Source: Lama glama (taxonomy: Eukaryota). Taken from it: DNA of 64,000 bases. Below, one piece after another: positions 15,201-27,200 of the stretch. The notes under the pieces are model-generated. The model searched no databases, was not told the origin of the DNA, and was given only the letters and a program-made list of their open reading frames with translations. The position numbers and the translations under genes are program-made. The stretch's first letter is position 1. Every line of letters starts with the position of its first letter. Where the stretch lies: the NCBI GenBank assembly GCA_028534125.1, contig CM052831.1:23064001-23128000 (forward strand), given 5' to 3'.

Positions 15201-18200
15201 GACCAAAGGCCTTGATCAACCAGTTATGGGGGAGGGGCATGCCCAAGAAGGTGGACAGATGCCCTGATGAGGGCACATGGGGTGTCCCAGGGTGCTCACT
15301 AGTTGAGGCAGGTGGGGACATGAAACAAGTCTGGTGGGTTAGGGCCTAGGGGCGTCAAAATGTGGTCACAGAGGGAGCACACCACTTATCCGTCTGCCAC
15401 TCAAGGCTGACTGCCCTGGGAGAGCAGACTCCACTTTCTGATTTGCTACTGAGTATCCCTAGTGTCAAGATGGCACCTGGCATCGTCCGGGCTCTGGGCA
15501 CATTATTAAATGAACAAGTGAGTGAATGAGTGAGGAGGGACAGGCCAATGGCCTCAGGAGTGGGAGATGAGCCAGAGAAAAGCAGATGCAGAGAGTGACG
15601 GTGAGGCTGGGGAGAGGCCACAGAACTCCTGATGCACTGGGAGAGGAGGAGCAGTGCAGGAGGGGAGGCAGGAAGACAGACTGTTCCTCGTAGGGAACCG
15701 CATGGGGAACTGGGGTTTAAAAATGGCATCTGCTTAAGTTTATGGGACATGAAAAGTTCAGGGGATGTGGCAATGGGAGAGGCAAGGAGAGGCGTGCACG
15801 TGCCAGAGGCCTGAGAGGGCCGGGAACATCGAGGGGCCGCACAACCCGCACAATCTGTGACTAGTCCGTGGGCTTGGGGAGGGCAGCCGCTGCTGGTCAA
15901 GGCCACACCCACTCACCTGGGAGTAGACGGTGGCGTGGACCCAGGCAAGACGGCGACTCAGGTGATCCAGCTTTTCTGAGAAGACTTTCTGGCTCTTGGT
16001 CAGCTCCGCCAGGATGTCTTTCCTCTGCCACCAAAGAAGGGAGGACAATCAGGACATGGCCCCATGCCCAGACGCAAGGCAGCCTTGCAGGGGCCCCGCT
16101 GGTACCCGGGGCAGGCCCGGCTCCACTCTTCAAAACCTCCTCGGCCTCTGACCTGCAGGTGAGCCCGAGCCAGACAGGGCGCGGGTGCCTCTCAGAACGT
16201 GGAAGTGAGATGCGGCTGCGGGGTGTGAACCGAGCCACTGAGTGGGACACTCCAGGGCTGCCCTGCTAGAACTGCGGCTCCGGCCAAGCCAGGGCTCTGT
16301 GGACAGGTAGGGGCCAGGGGCTGCTAGGGAAGTCCAGAATGGGCACGTTTGGCTCTGCCTGCCAGGTGGAAGAGCTACAGCCAAGGGGCTCCAGGGGAGT
16401 CGGGGAGGCAAGCCCTGCTTCCTGCTGACTCCGCAAGTGGCCGAGGAAGCACTCAGGGTCGAATCCATAATTGATGAGGAGAGTGACTGTGCATCAGCAC
16501 TTAGTAGCCTGGGGTGGGGACACTTGGCACAGACCAAGGCTGGCTAATGGGGCTCTGGTCGTGCCCAGCCCTGGTGCCAACCCCACTCTCACTGACACGG
16601 TCTGGCCAGGTTGTGGGTGGGGACGAGGAGAGTGGCTGGGAAACCCTCGAGGCAGGGGCTTAGCAGCAGATTTCCCTCACAGACTGCCCTGGGACCCCAA
16701 GCCAGCAAGCTGCCCTCTTCAACATCCCCCCGTCCCAAAGACCCACTTGCCCGTCTACCTTACCCCCTTGGGGCACCGGCGGAGCTTGTCCTCCGTGTCC
16801 CTCAGAGCCATCGCGTACTCATTGACATCATCGGACACACCCACCATCTAAAGCACCAGACACCACATGTCTAGGGTGACCCTTGGGCAGCTCATGCAGG
16901 TTTCTCCAGCCTGGACCCCTGCCCCACCAAACCCTCAACCTAAGGCCCAGGACAGCCCCCTCCCACAGAAGTCAACCAGGTCAGGCCCAAATGGCACTGG
17001 CAGAAACCAGTCATGCTGTGGCATATGCTTGTGTGTAGTCACGCACAGGCACCCCTGACACGTGTGCACGTGTGCGTCACACAAACACACAGAACCATGA
17101 CATGCGCAGGGACCAGTGGTGTGAGACCTTGCCCAGCTGCTGGTGAACGCTGAGGTTATACATCATGACAGCACCGTCCAGGACTTCCAGCAGGGAGTTC
17201 TCGGTGAGAGGCTGCTCAGGCTCCTCGGGGGGCCGCCCCAGCAGCAGGCCCTCGTTCCAGTGGCTGCCCTCGACTAGGGAGCAGGGGAAGGGCAGGGTCG
17301 GGGCTGGGTCAGGGTCACTCCAGTTCCCTAAGCCTATGGAGCTGGGATGGGCCTCAAAGCAGGAGAAGGAAGCCCTCTCCCCCAGCCTGAGCCCAAGGAG
17401 GGACCTGCAGGAAAAATGTGGAGGGAGGGGCAGGGAAGGTGCTGCATGCCAGGACCTATTTCTAGAGCATCGATTTCCTGCCTTCAGAGTGTACTTCCCA
17501 CGACCTTGAGACACTGCCAGGCCACAGGACCAGGAGGGAATGGGGGTGGATTCTGGGTTTGTTCAGGGTGGGGAGCTGCACAGGGCAGAAGCATCCTTCA
17601 GTGCCATGCCTGGCCCTGCCTGGCACCTACTGTCCTCACGGGTCCTCTGCTCTGCGCTCAGCGTGCGGACCTTCACTTTCTCCGAGGTGCTCAGAGGCCG
17701 TCGGGGAGTCATCAGGCTCACAGCTGCTGTGCTGAGGAAGCGGTTGGCTCGGCCCAGGGTTGGAGAACTGAGCCAGCCGGGCCGAGGCAGGGGCAGCGAG
17801 CCCCCTATGGCCAGGGCCTGCATGGGGCGCTGTGGTGGAGAGAGGAGGCCAGACGCCACTCAGCTCCCCGGGACCCGGGGCCCCTTAGGGCTCCCTGGAT
17901 TCATGGAGCTGGGGAATGGGACAGTGAGAGAGCACCAGCTGGCTGGGCAGGAGGCCTCACAGGGCCCCATTTACCACTGAACCTACGCCTCACCCTCCAC
18001 CTACTCCAACCCAGCTTTCACTTAGCATCCCAAGGCCCTGTGTCTCCCAGGGACTCCGTGGCAGGAGGCGTTCCCCACTGCATCCCCAGCAATTCATGCC
18101 TCCACCTACAGCAGGGGAACCTGCCTGGTGAGAAGCTCCTAGCCTGCACGGAAGGGGAGATGGCCCCGTGTGACACCCCTGCCCTTGATAGTGGGACAGC

Positions 18201-21200
18201 CCAACACGAAGCCCCCTGCCCGCCCCTACCGCGGCACCTGGGCCGCAGCCGGGGCTGGCTCCTCATCCTCGTCCAGGTCATCCATGGTGGCCGCCTGGAG
18301 CTCCAGTGGGTCGATCAGGATGTTGGCCTTGGTGGCAAGGTCATCTGGGAGGAATGGCAGGAGGGCTCTCAGGCCAGTGGAGGGGTGAGGGGTCACAGGT
18401 GGAACTGCTCAGGACAGCGAGAGGGCACTGGCTGGCTGGGTAGGAGGCTCCGCAGGGTCCCAGTTACAACTGTGCCTGGGCCTCTACCCCTCTACTCCAA
18501 CCCATCCTTCATCTTCCATCTCAAGGCCCTGCGTCTTGCAGGGTAAGTCCTGCTGAGTGTAGCAGGAGGCACTCCCCATCACACCCCATCATTCCCTCTG
18601 TCTTTATTTCCATATCCTCATACTCTCCAGCGGCCCCCTACTTCTCTGACTGTTCCACTGTTGCCTTCCTTGTCCTGCCCCCAACACAGAAGGAGGTCCA
18701 GAGCTGCCCAGGCCTCTCTGCGCCTCACTCCAGGCTTCACCCCACCTTTACACTGACAGCCAAACCCACCATCTCTGCCTCCAGCCCAGGCTGTGGTCCT
18801 GGCTGCGTCACTGGAACCTCAAACACATCAAACTTGTCATCTCCTGCAGTTCCTCTCCCTGATGGTGCCCCATCCCCACAGCCTCCCTCCCCTTCACCCG
18901 TGCCCTCCCCACTTCCTGCTACCTGGACAACTGGCCTGTCCCCGTGTTCAGCCCTTGCACTCCACCCTCCACACCGCAGCAGCCAGAGGGAGCGTCCTCC
19001 CACACAGACCCCTGACCTCACTCCGTTACCCTTAAGACCTTCCAAAGCTACCCCTGCCCTGGAAGGAGCCTACAGTCTCTTTGCAGCTCGCAAGGCCCTC
19101 AGACTCTGCCCTTGAGACCCCTTGCCTCTCACTTCCTCTCCAGCACAGCAGCTGCTTCTCTCTCCAGGCCAGGCTGGGCCATTTCTGGCACTGCTGCCAT
19201 TGCTCACACTGTGCTCTCCGCGGCCACTTGAGCTCAGGCAGCAAATGCACACAACCCCACCGCACCCCTCCCCAAGATCCCATGGTTCCCTCCTCCACCC
19301 GCATAGCTGCCCCCTATTTCATTACAGGGCTCCTAGACGTCCTCTGGGGCGGATGCACAAGGGAAGGAATGGATGGACACAAGACCTGAGGCAGAGCGGC
19401 CCATCAGTCTCCTGTGGAGCAGGGTGAGACTCGGGCGCCCTCTGGTGGACACAGCGAAACTCAGCGCTTACAGCGGAGATGGCTCAAGGCCTCCCTACCC
19501 TGCCGGGCTCACTGCCCACGGGCCTGCACGTACCTTTGAGGGTCTTCCGAAGATGCGAGAGGAGGCCTCCGAGACGCTGTAGGTCGAAGTAGTCTACCTT
19601 GCCATTATAGAAGACTTGGGGAGGGATGTAGGCCTCTGCAATGAGTTGGGAGGCCCAGCCAGCAGTCAGAGCCCAATAGGAAGACTCTCCGAGAGGCCAC
19701 CCCTCTACTCTGGCTCAGTACAGAGGGGACCCAGGCCTTGGCCTCCTGCCTGACTAAGCTTCCCCTACCACCCCCACCCTCTACCATTTCACCACAGTGC
19801 CAGCAACTGTACAGCTTAGGAGGAAGAGGGCATTCTTGTCTGCAGGTCACTTAGGGGAGAGCCAGAGAGGGCCCTGATCCAGCCCCATGGGAGACCCCCC
19901 CCAACCCAGGCTCCCACTGACCCTTGAGGACTCTCTCCCACACAAACACAGGGCCCCCAGCACCTCAGAGCCCACCTAAGGCATCCCTGACAAGGGACTG
20001 CTGAGGGCTGGGCAGGCAAGAACTAAGAAAATGGGCCAGTACAGGACAGGAACCTGCAGGGACCATCAGAGCAAACACAGGCTCAGCAGTCGTAGAGTAC
20101 AGGGTACAGGGCTCCTGAGCCCCGGTAGGGAGGACTCAATAAGGCAGGAGGCCGGGGCAGCTCCCGCCAACCCCGCCCTCAGCCAGCACTCCACAGCAAC
20201 ACCAGGGACTGCCCTGTGCCTGCCTCCACTCAGCCTCTGACTCAAGGCCCGGCCGCACTCACCCTCACTGAAGGACGCGCGGGGGTTTGAAGCCTTGTAT
20301 TCATCCCAGTAGTGGCGCAGGGCTGAGATCAAGCGATGCAAAAAGCAGACCATGTACTCGGGCGGGCAGAGCATGGGCATGTTCTGCAGGTACAAGGTAG
20401 AATACACTCATTAGTGCAGACCAGAGGCCAGCCCACTCCTCGTCCAAGCCCTGCCCCAGGACCCTGGGCTGAGTGGGTAGGGCAGCGGGACAGGGGTGGA
20501 ATAGGACTAGGCAGGGATGAAGCAGGCGGAGAGGGGCCAGAAGCCCAGGTGCAAATGCTGTGACACAGCCAGGGGGCCGCGGTGGACTGGCCTGGTGGAT
20601 ACCTACCCCCCGGCCATTGGCATTCTCTTGCAGAAACTTTCGGAACTTGGTTAGGAAAATGTACCTAGAAGCTTCACCCTTCAGCGGAAGGAAAAAGGAG
20701 GCTGGGATGAGCTGAGGATACTGACCCCAGACTGGACTAGCTCAGTGTCCTGCCCTGCCCCAGGCAGCCAAGCTAGCCCAGCCTGCTGGGTCTCCAGGAA
20801 CAGCCTGGCACTCCTTCCCACCAGGGACCCAGGCAGGGGTCTGGGAGTCAGTCACTCACCCCATTTTCATCCTTATTGTTCAACAGTAGCTTTAGGATCT
20901 GGACCTGTAGTTCTTCCACCACTGAGGGTTGAGTAGGGTAGGGAACAGTACAGCCACCTTAGGCAGGGCCTGGCCTTCAGGCTCCCAGGGATGGGAAGGG
21001 GTAGCAGGTTTAGACCAGGGCTCTACCACCAGGGTTCCCTGAGCCCAACCTAAGCACAGGGACTACCAGGTGCCCCCAAGTACATGTGCACACAAATCCT
21101 CCACCCTCTACCCAGTGCCCGAGGCAGGCGGCTGACCTTCAATGCGCTTCTTGAGCCTTTGGCAGCCCCGTTCATAAGCGCGCCGCCGGAGCCGCTCCTC

Positions 21201-24200
21201 CGCTGTCTCATCCTTCACCTCCTTACTCTCTCTGCCCTGGGCAGGAGCAGAGGTAGTGGGATGGAAGCCGGCAAGACTCAGCCAGGGCTTACCCAGGTCT
21301 ATGTCAGGCAAAACACCCCCTACTCCCTCCCCCAGAACAGGAAGGGGCCTCACGGACTGAGTGCCAGGCAGCTCAGATACCCTGGGCTGGCCCTCGCTGT
21401 GACCGTGGCCCACCCCACTCAGGTCTGCCCACCTCCCTGCTGGAGCGGTGGGGCCACCAGGTGGTGGGGATGAGCTCCTGCAGGCCAGCCTCCTCCACAC
21501 GCAGGGGGCTCTTGATATAAAAGAAGACAACGGACCGGAGCACATCGAAGCTGGTGGTCGTCAAGGAAGAGCTCTGCTCACTACAGATGCCCCACGCCCC
21601 CTCATGAGTCTTCCCTGGGAAGCCCTCCCAAAACCTGCCCACCTCTGGGTGTGCCCACCATGGCTCTCCCACTCCCCAGGGTGCCACTGCTGCTCTGTGC
21701 CCGTATCCCTGACGGTGAACCTGGAGAAAGAGCTGTGGCCGCCAAACCCCCAAGCCCAATTCCCAGCAGGGACACAAGAAAAGCTTGTCACAGGAACAGA
21801 TGACTGTGGTACAGGCTGGAGAGGGCCCAGCAGCCTCTCCATTGGTTTCTGCTTTTTGGAGGCTGAGGACCCCAAGAGAAAAGACAGCAGCTAGCACAGG
21901 CTTTCCAGCCAGGGGCCTGAAGCTCTGCCCTCCCTCCTACTCCTGCAGTTCTCCACACTTTTGGGAAACAGGAGCTGACTCCTTAAAGATCTCGTAGGAA
22001 CCCTCACCGTGGAACCAGATAAAAGTGCAGCGCTTTGGCTGAAGAGGGTAGGTCCTGGCGGCACCCCCATACCTCCGTGCAGCTCAAGAGCCTGCAGCCA
22101 TCTGGAAATCCCTGCTCAGGCTGGCCAGCCAGCTGGGTCCTTTGCTCTACCCTTCCTGCTCTGGAGAGAAAGTGCTGGGAAGGCTCGGTCTTGGAACAAG
22201 AACTCACATCTTGGGTGGCTCTGTCCTCCTGAGCCTCAACAGGGACCCGTGGCCAGAGGCACACCACCCTCCCTGGCCTCTGCTGACCCCAGAGGGCACC
22301 ACACATTTGGCCTGCCTGGCAGCAAGGGGAGGATACAGGACGTTGTTAAGCAGAAACTTGCGGGACTTCTGATGACTCAGGATGGCGATAGTGAGCCGCA
22401 GGTAGCGGATCTGTGGGGAGAGGGTGCTCAGAATGGGCTGGGGAGGCCCAGGGAGCTCAGGGCAGAGGCCGGAGCTCCTACCTGCAGGCCCAGGTCTGGG
22501 ACGATGGGTGAGAATCGGTACAGCCGCAACAGGGACATCATCAACTGCTTGAGGCAATCCTGTACCTCATAGTCCTAGAAGGGGGAGGCCGGGCTGCACA
22601 CCTATGCTGAGGGCCGGCTCCGGGAAAGCCATCGGTGGGGCCTTCTCCAGCACCCTCCCTGTACCTCCCCCTCTCAGTGGAGCCTGACATCCCAGCCTGG
22701 GGCCTGAGGTCTGACGCCTCACCTCCATGAAGAGCCACAGAAGGTCCAGGACCTGGTGCACCACGGAATGCGTCTGCGCCTGTGCTGGGGTGCCTGCCTC
22801 CACGATGCCCAACATGAAGCTCACAAGCACAGCCTCCACCAGGTACACCTGGCGCTGCACCAAGGGTGGGCACTGGTGAGGCGGTGGCCTTCTGCCCCAC
22901 TCAGGGTCCCCCTGCCCTGGCTGGCGGCCAAGGACTCTTGGGCCCCTTCAAGCAGCCTCAAGACATAGATGAGCCCTTCCAGGGTCTGACTGAGACACAA
23001 GAAAGGCCACTGTCCCACAGCCCTCCTGGGGCTTTTTCACATGCAGTTCCCATGGCCTGTGATCTCATCACCCCTTGATCTTCTTTCCAGGATGTCCCCT
23101 GACACCCTCAGCTGGAAGCGTCTCCTCATTCCCTTGGTGACATCTTTGAAGCCTGAGGGGCCCCCGACAGGGGATGGTTCTGTCACACGCCTCAGCATCC
23201 CAGCCTCCAGCACAGGCATTTCTACCGCGGCCTGCCCCCCACCACACCGTGGCCCCTCACCAGGAGAGGTGCGAAGTGATGGAAGATGTGGGCCAGTGTG
23301 AGGAGGATGGTGGGCTGTCCCTGCAATTGCCACTCAGAGATTTCCTTTTCCACCAGCTGCCCTTCCTGTGTATGAAGGAGGAGGGAGGATTGTGAGGGGC
23401 AGAGGGCAGTAGTAAGCCCCCAGCTCAGCTGGCCCAGACTCTGGCTCACCACGGGGTCCAGCTCCACGCTGAGCACTGCCCGGAAGCAGCCCAGCAACTT
23501 CTGCGCCCGCGTCAGGTCAGTGCACGGTGGGTCCTGCAGGGGCCGGTAGCCCGCCACCGGGTAGGTGCCACAGAGTTAAGCCAGCAATGCCTGATCTGTG
23601 GCTCAGAACACCCACCCCTCCCTCCAAGACCCCTGGGGTGGGGCCTGGACTCTAGGGCAGGGCCTGGTTCACACCACAACTCTCCCACTTCTCTGCGGAA
23701 TGAAACTTCTCCTGCCGCTTCACATTCACCTGTCCAATGGAAACAGTAATGGTACCCGCCTAACAAGGTTGCTGCAAGAATCGCCCCTGGCACCTGCCTA
23801 AGCTGTACCCTACTCACTCCTCATGGCAGCAGGGCCCACCACCTGCTCACAGAGATCCTGGAGCAGGGAGCCCCCAGTCCCAGCTTCCCAGCAGCCCACA
23901 GTCTTCTTCACAAAAGGATATCGCAGGGGACGGCTGCCAAAGTTGAAGGCCACGGACTCTTTGAAGGAGAGGCTGATGGCTGGGAAGTAGGCCATGCCCA
24001 GACCCCTGGATAAGTTCTCAAAGGCGGTGCCCAGTGACACACCATTCCTGGAGCAGAAGGGAGGGCCTGTGAACCATTTCTAAGAAGAATGTGGCCGAAA
24101 TGGACCTGTGAGCTGGCCTGTTGGGGCTGCCCACCCTCAGGTGACCAAAACCAGCCTAGCCCCCTTCCAGGGTCCAGGAAACTGAGGGCAGCTTGGGGAG

Positions 24201-27200
24201 GCCCCAGAGGCCAGGCCTGTGGATAGAGGCAGGAGACTTACAGGCAAAAGGACAGAGTGCCATCATCCAGGTCGATCAGGCAGCTCACGATGTCCCCCGC
24301 TGCCCACGCCTGCCAGGGGAGGAGGCCTTATAGATGTGCAGAAGCCCAGCAGCCTGCCCACTCTGCCCCCAGAGCTGTGTCTCCACTACCACTCAGGGAA
24401 GACCGGCCATAAGTGCAGAGGACCTGAGTCCCATCCCCTCCCTGATGCCCTACACTCCCTCACAGCTGCCCAGGGGTTCCTGCCAAGCTGTGGGGATGGA
24501 CACAGGGCACGTGGGCTGCAGGGGCTCCGCCCTCACCTTGCCATAATTCGTGGTGGTCACATTCCACTTGCGCACCCTGTTGCCATCGTAGGCATAGGAG
24601 TTGTGTGTATCTCCAACCCCCTCCTAGGGAGAAGTGTCCGTGAGGTCTGGGCGAGGTGGAGGGGGCAGAGCCAGAGCCTGCCAGCCACCAACCTTGAACC
24701 CCCATGGCTCTACAGAATGGGGCTGATGCTCTGAGGGGAAAAATGGAGCTGTTTTGGGCTGGGTTGCCCTGGGATGGGGTGGGACACATCCCTCCTCCAG
24801 AAAGTAGTACAGGTTAGGGTGCTGAGCAGACCCTATGTGGGCTGGGGTTGAGGGGTTGCCTAAGCCCCGAGGAGGCTGGGTGCAGGGGAAGGTCTCCCTG
24901 GGGGGGCCCCTCCCACACGCACCTCCTGATTGAAGCGGCAGTTGATTGTGCACCAGCCAATCTGCATGAGCCCCTGGGAGGAGATGAGCACCTCGTAGAC
25001 CCATTTCCCTGGAAAAAGGCACGTCAGACCCAGCAGGGAGACAAAGACTGCCTCCTGCCTCGGGTCTGGGCCCTCAAACTTCCTTCCCATTCCCCAGGCC
25101 ACAGCAGGGCACGGTCTCACCTTTGTACACGCACGTGGTGGAGCGGATAGTACCAAAGTTGCTGTGTCCAATGACCTGGGTAAAGAGCAGGGGTGGTGAG
25201 CGTCCTCCCAGGCACACAGGGTGCCTCCCCAAGGGAGAATAGCCCCATCCCAAGTCAGCTCGCCTTGGTGGTGGTGCCCATTGTAGCCCACGCTGCACTG
25301 TGCCTGAACATGGCAGGAGGGCCTAGGCCTGTGTCAGGAAGGATTCTGGGCCAGGAGCATGAGAGGAGGGGCTCATAGTTGTTTTGGGAAGACCCTGGGG
25401 ATGGGGTCACACCAAGAGGGTTTCAGGGCTATGTTACGAAGGTTTGGGGGCCAGGGATGCAATCGGCCACATCAGGAGGGGTTTGCGGCTACAGCCCCAT
25501 CGAGAAAGATAGAGAGACCAGGGCCACATTAGGAGGATCTAGGGGCTGTGTCAGGAGGAACTTGGATCCGGACGCTTTGCTCTCGCTCACCCCTAGGAGG
25601 TCATCATCCACCAGAAGAAGCCCCTCGAAGCCACCTGTGTGGTCCAGGACCACAGTAGATGGACCAAGCCGCCCTTCAACCTGTCCTGAAAAGGAGAGAG
25701 GTGGGTGTGGGTTGCACACAGCACAGAGTCTGACAGATGCAGAGTGCACTGAGCCCCCCAGGGCGGCAGCCCCAGGTCCCCTAGGGCCCAGCCCTGGCTC
25801 CCCAACCACATTCCAGAAGCTATTACATACCCTGGCTCTCTTCATCCTCATTGTCCACATGCAACAGCTGCTCCAGATGCTCTGGCAGGTTCTGGAAGTT
25901 CAGGAGTTTCCTGGGGAGAGTAAGAGGCTGCGAGGGGCCCAAAAGTCCTTGAAACCAGCCAGATGACACAAACCCCTCTCCCATTCCCTTTCCCCTGAGC
26001 CTCAGAGAGTGGCTACCCAGACCCCAGAAAAAGGGTTGTGCCAGTCCCAGATTCTGGCATGCTGGGGGTCAGAAGACTGGAATATCTGCTAAATTAAAAA
26101 TTATGACCAACCCAATTTGGTGCACTTCAGGACTATTAAAAAAAGGGGGGCGGGGTGCCTTTCTAAGGCTTAATCCCTTAATCTATAAAAATGGAAAAAC
26201 AGCTGTCTGTCAGAGGTGCTATGAAGATTCCAAGGAATAATGCTCCCTGCGTAGCCCATAACCTGCCCACTCTTGAAGGTGGGCGAGGAAGGCTGGGAGA
26301 AGTGCTGATGCCCAAGATGGTCAGTACCAAGATCAACCAGTCCAGTCCTTGACCCCTGGTGTGTGGTCCCAGCCAGGGAAGCCTGTGTGTTGACCCAGAC
26401 ACGTCCTGGGAGGATGAAGAGCTCAGCCCTCTTAGCTGCTGGCTGGCTCGGTCCTGTACTCATCTCTATAGGAGAGGAGAGCACACGGCCTGCCACCTGC
26501 CCCAGCCAAAGGGGCTGGGAAAATCTGTCTGAGTGACTCCCTTATCCTCCCAGCACACATGCCCGGAGGAAAAAAGGCTCTGTCTAATGTCGGCCAGCTC
26601 AGTCCTGAGTTCAGCTGCTAAGAATAGCAGGGAATTGGGTGTCAGTAACTAGCAGGGATCAAAGAGCAGAGGCCCGATGTCCATCTGGATCCAGTCCACA
26701 GACTGCTGGCACCCATTCTTCCATCTCTAATCCCGGCTCCAACCCCAGTGATCCTCCTACAGAGTAGGCTCTGGAAGGGGGCGTAGGTGGGCCAAAGCCC
26801 CAACTTTCTAGCAAGCTAGCTTCAAACCGGCACAGGGGCCAAATGTTCCCCTGCCGTGAGCTACTAATGACCTGGAGCTGCAAGAAGTGGACATACATGA
26901 AGCCTCCCACCGACTCCTGCTGAGCCCCAGGTCAAGGCCAGGGGGCACGCTTGCAAATGGGTGCCAGGCCAGCAGCATGGAAAGCTGTAGCCAACCTCAT
27001 CTCTGAATACCCTACTGGGTCCATAGATAAAGGAGGCTTCCTCAGCAGTATTTCTTATAGGCCCACACTTGGAAGGGCTACTCTAGTCTTGCGTCTGCTC
27101 TCAAGAGCAGTTATGGGTGGCCAGCCTGAGACTCAGCCTCACTAGGTGCCGGCAGCATTGCCCATTCGGCCAACCCCAGCACTCGCCTGCCCTTTCTGGA

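Noticed and set aside
16472-16500. TGATGA box C-like motif suggesting a snoRNA
   Set aside because: Antisense to the host gene, with no properly placed box D or terminal stem found.
17347-18546. 399-aa + strand ORF
   Set aside because: Antisense to RNF123 exons in GC-rich DNA, no recognisable domain or promoter; likely chance.
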